Assembly (NCBI GenBank): GCA_013152275.1
Contig: JAADGS010000070.1
Location: 1 to 64,000 of the forward strand
Length of the DNA stretch: 64,000 bases
Source of the DNA: Actinomycetota bacterium
GTDB taxonomy: Bacteria > Actinomycetota > Acidimicrobiia > Spongiisociales > UBA4744
Direction: 5' to 3'
Positions 1-9,475 of the stretch are shown one piece after another. The translations under genes were made by a program, and so were the position numbers. How positions within the stretch are numbered: position 1 is the stretch's first letter; each line of letters opens with the position of its first letter. The notes below the pieces were generated by a model that was not told the origin of the DNA, did not search any database, and was given only the letters and a program-made list of their open reading frames with translations.

Positions 1-1119
1 GTGCGACTCAACGTCGCCCGGCGTCCGCTGCGGGTCCTGCTGCTGGGAGTCGGCACCGCCCTCGCTGCCGCGATCTACGTCGCATCGACCCTGATCGCCA
101 GCGCATCGGCGACCGCGGTGGTCCGGGTCTTCGACGAGCTGGCCGCGACTCGCGTCCAGGTCGACCTGCCCGTCGACTCTCGCCGGCATTCCGCCCCGGA
201 CGAGGCCGTCATCGAGCAGATACGCCGACTTCCCGACGTCGTCGACGCGGCCACCGTGTGGTTTTCCGACTCGACGCCGCTCACGTCGGTTCGCCGGCCC
301 TGGCTCGGAGTCGACCGCCAGGTTCGCGTCTTTCGCTATTGGGGAGACACCGGCGTCATCGGTCTGAAGATCGACGGCTCGAATCCCGAACCGGCCGTCG
401 GAACGAACGAGATCCTCATCGGGGCAGGTCTGCGGGGGCGACTCGGCATCGATGTCGGCGACGACCTCGAGTTGAACGGACGGCCTGTCCGCGTCGTGGG
501 AGTGATCACCGAGTCGCCGCAGCTCACCGATCTGCTGCTTGGCGTGCTTTCCGTCGAACCGGAGCCGAACTCGGCAGAGTCCGAGGGAGGGAAACTCGTC
601 GTGCAGGTGCGTCTGGGAACCGCCCCGGCCGTCGCCGAGGTCCTCCCCTGGATTCTGGTCCCCGGCGCACCCGAGGTGGTGCTGGTGCGATACCCGCCGG
701 AAGCAACACGGCTTCGCAACGCCGTAGTCACCAAGGTCGACGCTCTCGCCGCCGCCATCGCCGCCGCCATCTTGATCGCGAACGGCCTGGGAGTGGGAGC
801 TGCGGCGATCGCGTCGGTCATGGAGCGCTACCGGGATATCGGGTTGCGTCGAGCGCTCGGCGCCTCTCGTGGCGGGATTGCCGCCATGGTCGCCGCAGAA
901 CTCGCCGCGATCGCTCTCGTCGCCGTCCTGGGCGGGTGGGCGGTCGGAGTCACCGCCGCCTGGGTGTATGACATCGGTCGCGGGCTTCCGTTCGTGTACC
1001 CAGGTGCAATCGTCGGGCTCGGTGTCGGGACGGCGTTCATCGCCACCGTACTCGCCGCCGTCCCCGCGGCGGCGAAGGCAAGCCGGATCGAACCTGTGGA
1101 GGCCCTTCGGTCCACGTGA
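1..1119 (+). CDS. ABC transporter permease, MacB/FtsX family (probably 5'-truncated by window edge)
   Basis: N-terminal TM, periplasmic domain, C-terminal FtsX-type segment SVMERYRDIGLRRALGA and ending PAAAKASRIEPVEALR. Confidence 0.85.
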   Translation: MRLNVARRPLRVLLLGVGTALAAAIYVASTLIASASATAVVRVFDELAATRVQVDLPVDSRRHSAPDEAVIEQIRRLPDVVDAATVWFSDSTPLTSVRRPWLGVDRQVRVFRYWGDTGVIGLKIDGSNPEPAVGTNEILIGAGLRGRLGIDVGDDLELNGRPVRVVGVITESPQLTDLLLGVLSVEPEPNSAESEGGKLVVQVRLGTAPAVAEVLPWILVPGAPEVVLVRYPPEATRLRNAVVTKVDALAAAIAAAILIANGLGVGAAAIASVMERYRDIGLRRALGASRGGIAAMVAAELAAIALVAVLGGWAVGVTAAWVYDIGRGLPFVYPGAIVGLGVGTAFIATVLAAVPAAAKASRIEPVEALRST

Positions 1120-1160
1120 CTCTCGCACCGCCGCCGGGCCGCCGCGTGTAGGTTGACCGT

Positions 1161-2057
1161 ATGGACTTCTCCGAGCTTCGGCGCTTCGTCTTCCCTGCCC
1201 ACGAGAGAGGTGAGTATCAGGCGGCCCTCGACGCCATCGAGCGCTACGAGACGACCGATCCCGACGAGATCGTCGACGTCGCCTTCTGGCATGTGTGTCT
1301 GCTGTCGCTACTCGGGCGAACCGATGCGGCGTGTGCCGAGTTCGCCCGCACACTGGACGGGGGGCTCTGGTGGAGCGAGCGGATGATCGCCGATCACGAC
1401 CTCGACGCGGTGCGCGACGATCCGAAGTGGCAGCGGCTGGCCGCCGTCAGCATCGCACGAGAGTCACAGGCATCGGCCGGACCGTTCAGACCACTCGACA
1501 TTCGGCCGGACGGCGAGCTCGTGGGGACGCTGGTGCTGCTGCACGGGTTCGGATGGCGTCCGCACTCGATCCTCGACCGGTACCGGCCGGCACTCGGCTG
1601 GGGCTATCGACTGATCGCCCTCCACGGCACCGTGCCCGTCGCCGCGGGACAGTTCGCCTGGCCCGCCGACGATGCCGAAGCCGTCGTGATCTCGCAGCTT
1701 CACGACGTCGGTACTCCGGAACACCCCGTCCTCTCCGGGTTCTCCCAGGGTGCGGGCATCGCCGGTCATCTCGCCTGGTCGGGCCGGGTCGACGCCGTCG
1801 GTGTCTTCCTGGTGGCACCATCCTTCGGGCCCCGTGGCATCCCGACCCCGGATTCGGTGACCCGTCGCATCCCCACCGTCATCCTCGCCGGGGACGAGGA
1901 TCGTCGCATCGACAAGATCCGCCGGGCCGTAGCGAATCTCGAAGCCTCCACGGTTCCGGTCCGGTACGACGAGCGTCCCGGCCTCGGCCACGACTGGCCC
2001 GACGACTTCGCCGAGACCCTCGAGGCGACGCTGCGCCGGCTACAGGATTCCCGCTGA
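1161..2057 (+). CDS. alpha/beta hydrolase (phospholipase/carboxylesterase-like) with N-terminal helical/TPR-like region
   Basis: LLHGFG, nucleophile GFSQG, GDED acid, GLGHDW His; TAGGTT -10 six nt upstream of ATG. Confidence 0.75.
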   Translation: MDFSELRRFVFPAHERGEYQAALDAIERYETTDPDEIVDVAFWHVCLLSLLGRTDAACAEFARTLDGGLWWSERMIADHDLDAVRDDPKWQRLAAVSIARESQASAGPFRPLDIRPDGELVGTLVLLHGFGWRPHSILDRYRPALGWGYRLIALHGTVPVAAGQFAWPADDAEAVVISQLHDVGTPEHPVLSGFSQGAGIAGHLAWSGRVDAVGVFLVAPSFGPRGIPTPDSVTRRIPTVILAGDEDRRIDKIRRAVANLEASTVPVRYDERPGLGHDWPDDFAETLEATLRRLQDSR

Positions 2058-2137
2058 CGGGGCACTGCCACGGCCATGGCCCGGCCGCCCGTCTCGCAAC
2101 GACCCGACGCTCCCCGGTCTCCGGTACCCTGCGACCC

Positions 2138-2866
2138 GTGGACACGAAGACCCTCTCACGCAGGCCGGCGCTGCCTATCCGGCCGTGGCGCAGGCATGTC
2201 ACCGGCGAGACGATTGCCACCGGTGCCGCCGGGGCGGTGTTGGGCGGCGCGACGCTGGCACCGATCGGCCTCGGTGTGCCGGGGGCGATCATCGGTGGCC
2301 TGAACGGCATGATCTCCGGGAAGCGCCGCATCTACGACTGGCATCGTCCGTCGGGATGGGCGGCGTTCGTCCTCGATTCGACGTGGGGCCTCATCGGCTC
2401 CGGCGCCGGCCTCGGGGTGCACGCGTTGCAGCAGCTCCGCCGGGACAGGGGCGGGTACCGGGCCGACCTCAGCGCCCGCAAGGGCCGTCATGTGTACGAG
2501 ACGGGGGTGACGATGCGCAAGGGGTTCACGATGGCCGCGGGCAACACGGTCACGAACCTCGGCAAGGGCCAGGCCCGGATAGACCTGCTGGAGCGCCACG
2601 AGATGCTGCACGTGTGGCAGTCCCGCCTGCTCGGTCCGCTGTTCCCTGCGATCTATGGACTCTGGATGATCGGTGGCGCCGCGGTGGGCACCGCCCTGGC
2701 ACTGGGGCGTGGAGAGGATCTGCGACGGACGGTCGACACGATCGCCTACTACGACAACCCGTTCGAGTACTGGGCGTACCGCCGCCAGGGCCTCTGGCCT
2801 CCACCAAACACGCACCCGCGGTACGTCTGGAGCGGTCGCAAACGTCCACCGGTGACGCCCGTCTAG
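2138..2866 (+). CDS. hypothetical membrane protein with HExxH motif
   Basis: GTG 2138 in frame with ORF 1295..2866, preceded by TACCCT -10; Gly-rich hydrophobic segments, RHEMLHVWQ and YYDNPFEYWAY. Confidence 0.65.
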   Translation: MDTKTLSRRPALPIRPWRRHVTGETIATGAAGAVLGGATLAPIGLGVPGAIIGGLNGMISGKRRIYDWHRPSGWAAFVLDSTWGLIGSGAGLGVHALQQLRRDRGGYRADLSARKGRHVYETGVTMRKGFTMAAGNTVTNLGKGQARIDLLERHEMLHVWQSRLLGPLFPAIYGLWMIGGAAVGTALALGRGEDLRRTVDTIAYYDNPFEYWAYRRQGLWPPPNTHPRYVWSGRKRPPVTPV

Positions 2867-4101
2867 CGCACCGGCACCATCCGGAAGATCGTTCCGTCGC
2901 GGGTCACGACGAGCAGTTCGCCGTCCCCGTCGAGGCCGAACGAAGTGACGTTCCCGATCGACTCGGCCCACTGCCGCTCGTCGGTCGCCACCCCGTCCTC
3001 GTACCGGAAGCTTCGGATCCACCCCGAGCAGTAATCCGAGTAGAAGTAGTCGCCGGCGAGTTCGGGGATCGCGATGCCCCGATACACATACCCGCCGGTG
3101 ATCGAACAGCCCTGCGAATGGTCGTACTGGAGCACCGGCAACGTCAGCCCTTCGGTATCACATCCCTTGGACGGCCTGTAACAGTGGTCCCCTTCGACGA
3201 CCGGCCATCCGTAGTTCAACCCGGCCGCGTTCGCCGGCGCCACATCGACCTCTTCGTACTTCTCCTGACCGACGTCGGCGATGTAGAGCAGCCCACCGTC
3301 GAACGAGAATCGCCACGGGTTCCGGAGCCCGTACGCCCACACCTCCGGCGCACCGCCACCGTGGACGAACGGGTTGTCGGGCGGGATGACGTAGCGGTCC
3401 TCAGGAGTCACGTCGAGCCGAAGCAGCGTCGCCAGCAGCGTGTCGGGGCGCTGGCCGTTGCCGAACTTGTCCCCCGCAGCTCCCCCATCGCCCAACCCCA
3501 CGTACAGGTATCCGTCCGGTCCGAAGGCCACCATGCCACCGTTGTGGTTCGACGCCGGCTGAGGGATCTCGAGCAGCACCGCCGCGGAAGCAGGATCGAG
3601 AACCTCTCCGGCGAGCCGATACGAGGCCACGACCGTCTTGCCGCCGGAACCGGTGTAGTCGACGAACACACGAGGATCGTCCGGGTAGTTCGGGTGGAAC
3701 GCCATGCCGAGCAGACCCCGCTCGTTGCCCTTCCGATCGACGACGTCCCGGATGTCCAGGAACAGGGTCTTCTCGTCACCGTCGAGCATCCAGACCCGAC
3801 CGGCCTGCTCGACGACGAACAAACGTGGATCTCCGGGAGACGCCGTGGCGAACAAGGGGTCGACCAGGCCCGTCGCGACGGCTTCGAAGCCGACTCCTTG
3901 GAGCGGTGGCAGAGTGGTGGTCGTCGTCGACGTCGGAGCGGTCGGGGTGGTCGTGATTGTCGTGGTCGTCGTCGAGACCGGGGAGGCCGTCGTCGTAGAT
4001 GCCGTCGTCGTCACGGTCTCGGGAACGGTTGTGGAAACCGGTTCCGAACCCGGAGAGCACGCGGCAACGAGCAGAAACCCGGCGATGACCACACGGCGCA
4101 T
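2863..4101 (-). CDS. PQQ-dependent sugar dehydrogenase (glucose/sorbosone dehydrogenase family), lipoprotein
   Basis: lipobox VAAC, Thr-rich linker, ERGLLGMAFHP, NHNGG, GLGDGG, YGLRNPWR motifs. Confidence 0.9.
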   Translation of the reverse strand: MRRVVIAGFLLVAACSPGSEPVSTTVPETVTTTASTTTASPVSTTTTTITTTPTAPTSTTTTTLPPLQGVGFEAVATGLVDPLFATASPGDPRLFVVEQAGRVWMLDGDEKTLFLDIRDVVDRKGNERGLLGMAFHPNYPDDPRVFVDYTGSGGKTVVASYRLAGEVLDPASAAVLLEIPQPASNHNGGMVAFGPDGYLYVGLGDGGAAGDKFGNGQRPDTLLATLLRLDVTPEDRYVIPPDNPFVHGGGAPEVWAYGLRNPWRFSFDGGLLYIADVGQEKYEEVDVAPANAAGLNYGWPVVEGDHCYRPSKGCDTEGLTLPVLQYDHSQGCSITGGYVYRGIAIPELAGDYFYSDYCSGWIRSFRYEDGVATDERQWAESIGNVTSFGLDGDGELLVVTRDGTIFRMVPVR

Positions 4102-4151
4102 GCAGGCACCCTATCGTTGGAGTAGATGTTGCGCATCCGAGAGGAGCGGTC

Positions 4152-5414
4152 ATGAAGTGGGACGACACCATCGACGGAAAGCACCTCCACCCCGAGAGCC
4201 TCATGATGAGCTACGGCTACAAGCCGGAGTGGTCCGAAGGCGCAATCAAGAGCCCGATCTTCCAGACCTCGACGTTCGCATTCGAGAGCGCGGAGGAGGG
4301 AAAGGCGTTCTTCGAAGTCGCCACCGGCAAGCGCCCGCCGGAGCCGGGAGAGAAAGTCGGGCTGATCTACAGCCGCCTCAACAATCCGGACCTGGAGATC
4401 GCGGAGGACCGGCTCTGCCTGTGGGACGGCAGCGAAGACGCACTCCTGTTCAAGAGCGGCATGGCGGCCATCGCCACCACGCTGTTCACCTACCTTCGTC
4501 CGGGAGATCTCATCCTGCACAGCGAACCGCTGTATGGCGGCACCGACCACCTCGTGAACAGCGTGCTCCCCGAGTTCGGCATCGGATCGATCGGATTCTT
4601 CCCCGACGAGACCCACGAGGAGATCCGGCGCCGGGTGACCGAGTCCGGGAACCGCCTCGGCATGATCTTCATCGAGACCCCGGCGAATCCGACGAACGCG
4701 CTCTTCGACATCCAGGAGTGCGCAACGGTCGCCAACGCAACATCGACACCGGAACGCCCCGTGCCCCTCGTCGTCGACAACACGTTCCTCGGTCCGCTGT
4801 TCCAAAGGCCGCTCGATCACGGTGCAGATCTGGTGATCTACAGTGCGACCAAGTACCTGGGTGGTCATAGCGATCTGATCGCGGGAGCCGTGCTCGGCTC
4901 GAAAGCCCTCATCGGCCCCGTCCGGGGGATGCGCACGTACCTGGGAACACATTCCGGACCATGGAACGGCTGGTTGCTCATGCGCAGCCTGGAGACACTG
5001 TCGCTGCGCATGCACAGGGAGGCCGACACGGCGCGTGAGGTTGCCGACTTCCTCCGCTCGCATCCGAAGGTGAACTACGTCAACTATCTCGGGTACCTGG
5101 AGCCCGGGGATCCCCAGCACGACATCTTCGTCAAACAGTGTCTGGGCGCCGGTGCGATGATCTCCTTCGAGGTACAGGGCGGCGAGCAGGGAGCGTTCCG
5201 GTTCCTGAACGCTCTCAAGCTGATCCACCTCGCGGTCAGTCTGGGCAGCAACGAATCACTGGCGGAACATCCGGGTGCGATGACGCATGCCGGCGTGCCG
5301 GACGTGGACAAGAAACGGTACGGAATCACCGATGGGCTGGTTCGCGTCTCGGTGGGAGTCGAGCATCCCGATGATCTGATCCTCGACCTGTCGCAGGCGC
5401 TCGACACCGTCTGA
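4152..5414 (+). CDS. cystathionine gamma-synthase / methionine gamma-lyase family PLP enzyme
   Basis: YSRLNNP, ETPANPT, VVDNTF, SATKYLGGHSD (PLP Lys), AVSLG; SD GAGGAG. Confidence 0.9.
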   Translation: MKWDDTIDGKHLHPESLMMSYGYKPEWSEGAIKSPIFQTSTFAFESAEEGKAFFEVATGKRPPEPGEKVGLIYSRLNNPDLEIAEDRLCLWDGSEDALLFKSGMAAIATTLFTYLRPGDLILHSEPLYGGTDHLVNSVLPEFGIGSIGFFPDETHEEIRRRVTESGNRLGMIFIETPANPTNALFDIQECATVANATSTPERPVPLVVDNTFLGPLFQRPLDHGADLVIYSATKYLGGHSDLIAGAVLGSKALIGPVRGMRTYLGTHSGPWNGWLLMRSLETLSLRMHREADTAREVADFLRSHPKVNYVNYLGYLEPGDPQHDIFVKQCLGAGAMISFEVQGGEQGAFRFLNALKLIHLAVSLGSNESLAEHPGAMTHAGVPDVDKKRYGITDGLVRVSVGVEHPDDLILDLSQALDTV

Positions 5415-5486
5415 CCCGACAGGGATGGTCGCCGCACGCGCACCCTCCTCACCGCTAGCCTGCCATTGCCGAGCACAGGAGAGGGA

Positions 5487-7664
5487 ATGGCAGCGTTGAC
5501 TCCCGCGTACGAAGGTCTCCCAGACAAGGAGTACCGGCGCAGGATCAGAGCCTGGACCCTCTACGACTGGGCAAACTCTGCGTTCGCCACGACGATTCTC
5601 GCCGCAGTGCTGCCCGCCTACTACAGCTCCGTCGCGGGAGCGACCCTCCCGAGCGCGGCAGTCGCCACCGCGTATTGGACGACGACCCTCAGCATCTCGC
5701 TGATCATCGTCGCCTTTCTGTCCCCCGTGCTCGGCACGATCGCCGATGTGATGCGGGGCAAGAAGAAGTTCCTTTCGATCTTCGTCGGCATGGGCGTCGT
5801 CGGCACGGGGCTTCTGGTCCTCGTCACCACCGGCGATTGGGTCCTCGCATCGGTGTTCTTCATCCTCGGACGGGTCGGATTCGCCGGCGCCAACGTCTTC
5901 TACGACGCCTTGCTGCCACATGTTGCCCGTCCCGAAGACCAGGACGTGGTCTCGACACGTGGCTATGCGATCGGCTACCTGGGAGGCGGACTGCTGCTCG
6001 CCGTGAACGTGGTCATGATCTTCGTGCTCGGCCCGGGAATCGGGGCCCGGCTTTCGTTCGTCTCCGTGGCGATCTGGTGGGCGATCTTCTCGATTCCGTT
6101 GTTCCGCCGCGTCCCCGAGCCGCCTGCGGCCTCTGCTCCGCACGAGCGGGGAACGAGCATCATCACGGCCAGCCTGAAACGCCTCGGTACGACATTCCAG
6201 CACCTTCGCAAGTACCGTCATCTCTTCCGATTCTTGATCGCGTTCCTCATCTACAACGACGGGATCGGAACGATCATCAGTGTCGCCGTGATCTACGGGA
6301 CCGAGCTGGGATTCAAAACCACCGAGTTGGTCCTCGCCATCCTGCTCGTGCAATTCGTGGGTATCCCCTTCAGTTTGATCTTCGGCCGGATCCCCGGCCG
6401 CAAGGATGCCAACCGGGCCATCTACCTGGCCTTCATCGTGTTCAACATCGTGGCCCTTCCGCTCGTCGGTGCCATCGGCGCAAGAGTTCTCCCCGCCGAC
6501 ACGACCGGAGCCCCTCCCGCCCCCTACGAGACCGTCGGTACTGCACTGGGAGAGGGAAGCTACGGGATCGATGCGATCACCTTCGACGGGAGCTGGACCG
6601 AGATACCCGTCGAGACGGTTGCGGATGCGACGCATGGACTCACCAGGGTCGCCGAGACTGCGGCACCGATCCTGCTGCTCATCGGCCTGATCGCTCTCGC
6701 CGCGGCATGGGTGCTGGGCATCAGACGACGAAGGAATCCGACCTCCAGCCTCTGGACCGTTCTCACTCCGTTGCTCACCGGGATCGCCGCGCTGCTCATC
6801 GCCGCCCTCGCCGAGCTTCTGATACTGACGGCCTCGAATCCGATCCCCTACTCGGCCGCCGCAGACTCCTCATCGACGGCAACGTTCACCTTCAACGGCC
6901 GGCGGGTCGAGATCATCCACAGCACAGGGCCCGATCTGGGAGTTTGGGTCGTGTCGATGGACGGGCGACCGCTCATCGAAGACGGTGAGCCGGTCACCAT
7001 CGACGCCACGACCCCCACGACGCGATACGGGGCGCAGGTGACCATCGACGCGGGCACTCCCGGGACGCACGAACTCACACTCCAAGCGTCCGGCGACGGG
7101 CGACTCGCCATCGGAGAGATCAAGGTCCTTGCCCCGCTGCGGACCAGCAACCTCGGCGTCATCCTCGGTCTGATCCTCGTGGTCGAGATCCTCGGTCTCG
7201 CCCTCTCTGCCCTATTCGGCAAGACCTTGTTCTCGAAGCTCGCAGATGCGATGACCACGAAGCGGGCGATCATCCTTGCGATCGGTGCATACGCGATCAT
7301 CGCCGTGTGGGGTTTCTTCCTCGACGCCATCTTCGAGTTCTGGTTCCTCGCATGGATGGTTGCAGTGGTACAGGGCGGAAGTCAGGCCCTCAGTCGAAGC
7401 ATGTACGCATCGATGTCACCCGCCTATGAGAGCGGCGAGTTCTTCGGGTTCTTCTCGGTCATGTCGAAGTTCTCTTCGATCCTCGGCCCGGTCATCTTCG
7501 CCGGTGCCGTCGCCCTCACCGGAAGCAGCCGACCCGCGGTCCTGAGCCTCGTGGTGTTCTTCATCGTCGGCATCGCAATCCTCAAAACCGTCGACGTCGA
7601 CGAAGGACACAGGATCGCCGTGGAGGCCGATGCCGCGATCGAGCGGGGCACGGCGGACGCCTGA
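5487..7664 (+). CDS. MFS transporter, UMF1/ATG22-like family, with large internal insertion
   Basis: WTLYDWANSAF, NVFYDALLP, YNDGIGTII, QGGSQALSRS, EFFGFF motifs; about 725 aa; ATG 5487 after GGAGAGGG. Confidence 0.85.
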   Translation: MAALTPAYEGLPDKEYRRRIRAWTLYDWANSAFATTILAAVLPAYYSSVAGATLPSAAVATAYWTTTLSISLIIVAFLSPVLGTIADVMRGKKKFLSIFVGMGVVGTGLLVLVTTGDWVLASVFFILGRVGFAGANVFYDALLPHVARPEDQDVVSTRGYAIGYLGGGLLLAVNVVMIFVLGPGIGARLSFVSVAIWWAIFSIPLFRRVPEPPAASAPHERGTSIITASLKRLGTTFQHLRKYRHLFRFLIAFLIYNDGIGTIISVAVIYGTELGFKTTELVLAILLVQFVGIPFSLIFGRIPGRKDANRAIYLAFIVFNIVALPLVGAIGARVLPADTTGAPPAPYETVGTALGEGSYGIDAITFDGSWTEIPVETVADATHGLTRVAETAAPILLLIGLIALAAAWVLGIRRRRNPTSSLWTVLTPLLTGIAALLIAALAELLILTASNPIPYSAAADSSSTATFTFNGRRVEIIHSTGPDLGVWVVSMDGRPLIEDGEPVTIDATTPTTRYGAQVTIDAGTPGTHELTLQASGDGRLAIGEIKVLAPLRTSNLGVILGLILVVEILGLALSALFGKTLFSKLADAMTTKRAIILAIGAYAIIAVWGFFLDAIFEFWFLAWMVAVVQGGSQALSRSMYASMSPAYESGEFFGFFSVMSKFSSILGPVIFAGAVALTGSSRPAVLSLVVFFIVGIAILKTVDVDEGHRIAVEADAAIERGTADA

Positions 7665-7738
7665 CCGATGGGAGGGAACCGATGTGACGAACCGCCGTTG
7701 CTCGGCGGACTCCTAACCTGTGGTCGAAAGGAGCTGCC

Positions 7739-8122
7739 GTGACACCCGACAAGGACACCAACGAAACATCTTCATCGCCGCAGCCGGATACGGAACCGGC
7801 CCCATCGCAGACCGAGCCGGTCGTACCGGAGGAGCAACCGGCCCAGAAGAAGGTCTACGTCGGTGCAGGAGTGTCGTGGCCGATCATCTTCGGCGCCCTG
7901 TTGATCGTGATCGTCGCCGTCCTTGCAGCCCTCAATACGGCTGCGGTTCCTCTCGACCTGATCTTCTGGAAGGGCGAGGTTCCCCTCATTTCGATCATCC
8001 TCGGTGTCGCCGCCATCACGGTGATCATCGATGAACTGGCCGGCCTGATCTTTCGACTGCGCCGTCGCCGCCGGCTGCGTCGGAAGGACAAACTGAAGAA
8101 GCTCGAGAAGGGGACACGATGA
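7739..8122 (+). CDS. LapA/DUF1049-like small membrane protein
   Basis: two TM helices around LNTAAVPLDLIFW, basic C-terminal tail; SD AAGGAG. Confidence 0.65.
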   Translation: MTPDKDTNETSSSPQPDTEPAPSQTEPVVPEEQPAQKKVYVGAGVSWPIIFGALLIVIVAVLAALNTAAVPLDLIFWKGEVPLISIILGVAAITVIIDELAGLIFRLRRRRRLRRKDKLKKLEKGTR

Positions 8123-9474
8123 GGCGGCTGATCGTCGTCGGTGGCGATGCCGCCGGAATGTCCGGAGCGAGCCAGGCGCGGCGGATGGATCCCGACCTCG
8201 ACATCGTCGTTTTCGAGCGAACACACTGGGTGAGCTATGCGGCATGTGGCATCCCCTACTACGTAGGCGGCGATGTCCAAGAGTTGCGACGACTCCAAGC
8301 CCGGACACCGGAGCAGTTCGCCAAGATGAGCATCGACGTCCGGCTCCGCCACGAAGTCACGGCGATCGACACTTCTGCCAAGACCGTCCAAGTACGCGAG
8401 CTCGAGGCCGGCACGGACGGCATGTTCGCGTACGACCTGCTGCTGTATGCGACCGGGACAAGGCCTCTGCTTCCACCGATCCAAGGCCTGGATCTCGAAG
8501 GCGTCCATCAAGCCCGCACGCTCGACGACGCCCGATGTCTCCGGTCCGCGCTCGAGGCACAACCTCGTAATGCAGCCGTGATCGGGGGTGGGTACATCGG
8601 ACTCGAGCTCGCGGAGGCGTTCCACAACCTGCACATACCGGTCACCATCTTCGAGATGGCCCCGACGCTTCTCTCACGCACGATGGACCCCGAGATGGGA
8701 GAGCTCGTCGCGTCCCAGGTGCGGGCGCTCGGCATCGAGATCCACACCGACACCCGAGTGGACGCCGTGATCGGAGACAATGGCCGCGCCGTCGGCGTCG
8801 AGGCGGCGGGAACGACCTATCCGGCCGACATCGTCGTACTCGGCCTCGGCTCGGTACCGAACGCCGCACTGGCCGACGCATCGGGTATTGCGCTCGGTCC
8901 CACGGGCGCCGTGGCCGTCGATGATCACCAGCGGACCGGCGCCGACGGCGTCTACGCGGCGGGCGACTGCGCGGAGGCAATCCACCGGGTCACCGGCGCA
9001 CCGGTGAATCTTCATCTCGGCACGGTCGCGAACAAACAGGGCCGTGTTGCCGGTACCAACCTGGGAGGCGGCGACGCGGCATTCCCCGGCGTTCTCGGAA
9101 CGGCCATCACGAAAGTGGCCGACATCGAGATCGCCAGAACGGGTCTCACACTCGCAGAGGCAGCCGATGCGGGCATCGATGCGGTGGCCGCAGGGTTGCG
9201 CAGCGCAACGGCAGCAGGGTATTGGCCGGCGTCGACCCCCATGAGGATTCGCACGGTGGTCGAACGCCTTTCAGGAAGACTGCTCGGTGCCCAGATCGTG
9301 GGAGGTCCCGGTGCCGGCAAGCGCATCGACACCTTCGCCACGGCCCTGTGGGTCGGGATGACCGCCGATGAGCTCGAGTACGTCGATCTGTCCTACTCAC
9401 CGCCGTTCTCAGGCGTGTGGGAACCTGCCAACGTCGCGGCGCGCAAAGCTCGTCAAGCCGCCACGAGACCGTAG
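8119..9474 (+). CDS. CoA-disulfide reductase / NADH oxidase family flavoprotein
   Basis: GGDAAGMS FAD motif, SYAACG redox Cys, GGGYIGLE, AAGDC, DLSYSPPFS. Confidence 0.9.
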   Translation: MRRLIVVGGDAAGMSGASQARRMDPDLDIVVFERTHWVSYAACGIPYYVGGDVQELRRLQARTPEQFAKMSIDVRLRHEVTAIDTSAKTVQVRELEAGTDGMFAYDLLLYATGTRPLLPPIQGLDLEGVHQARTLDDARCLRSALEAQPRNAAVIGGGYIGLELAEAFHNLHIPVTIFEMAPTLLSRTMDPEMGELVASQVRALGIEIHTDTRVDAVIGDNGRAVGVEAAGTTYPADIVVLGLGSVPNAALADASGIALGPTGAVAVDDHQRTGADGVYAAGDCAEAIHRVTGAPVNLHLGTVANKQGRVAGTNLGGGDAAFPGVLGTAITKVADIEIARTGLTLAEAADAGIDAVAAGLRSATAAGYWPASTPMRIRTVVERLSGRLLGAQIVGGPGAGKRIDTFATALWVGMTADELEYVDLSYSPPFSGVWEPANVAARKARQAATRP

Positions 9475-9475
9475 C

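Noticed and set aside
1295..2137. N-terminal 281 aa of the 523-aa ORF
   Set aside because: Overlaps the esterase in another frame and is Arg/Pro-rich junk; real start taken as GTG 2138
2185..4125. 646-aa plus-strand ORF and similar ones (11923..13755, 22569..24482, 31807..33618)
   Set aside because: Antisense or off-frame to well-supported genes
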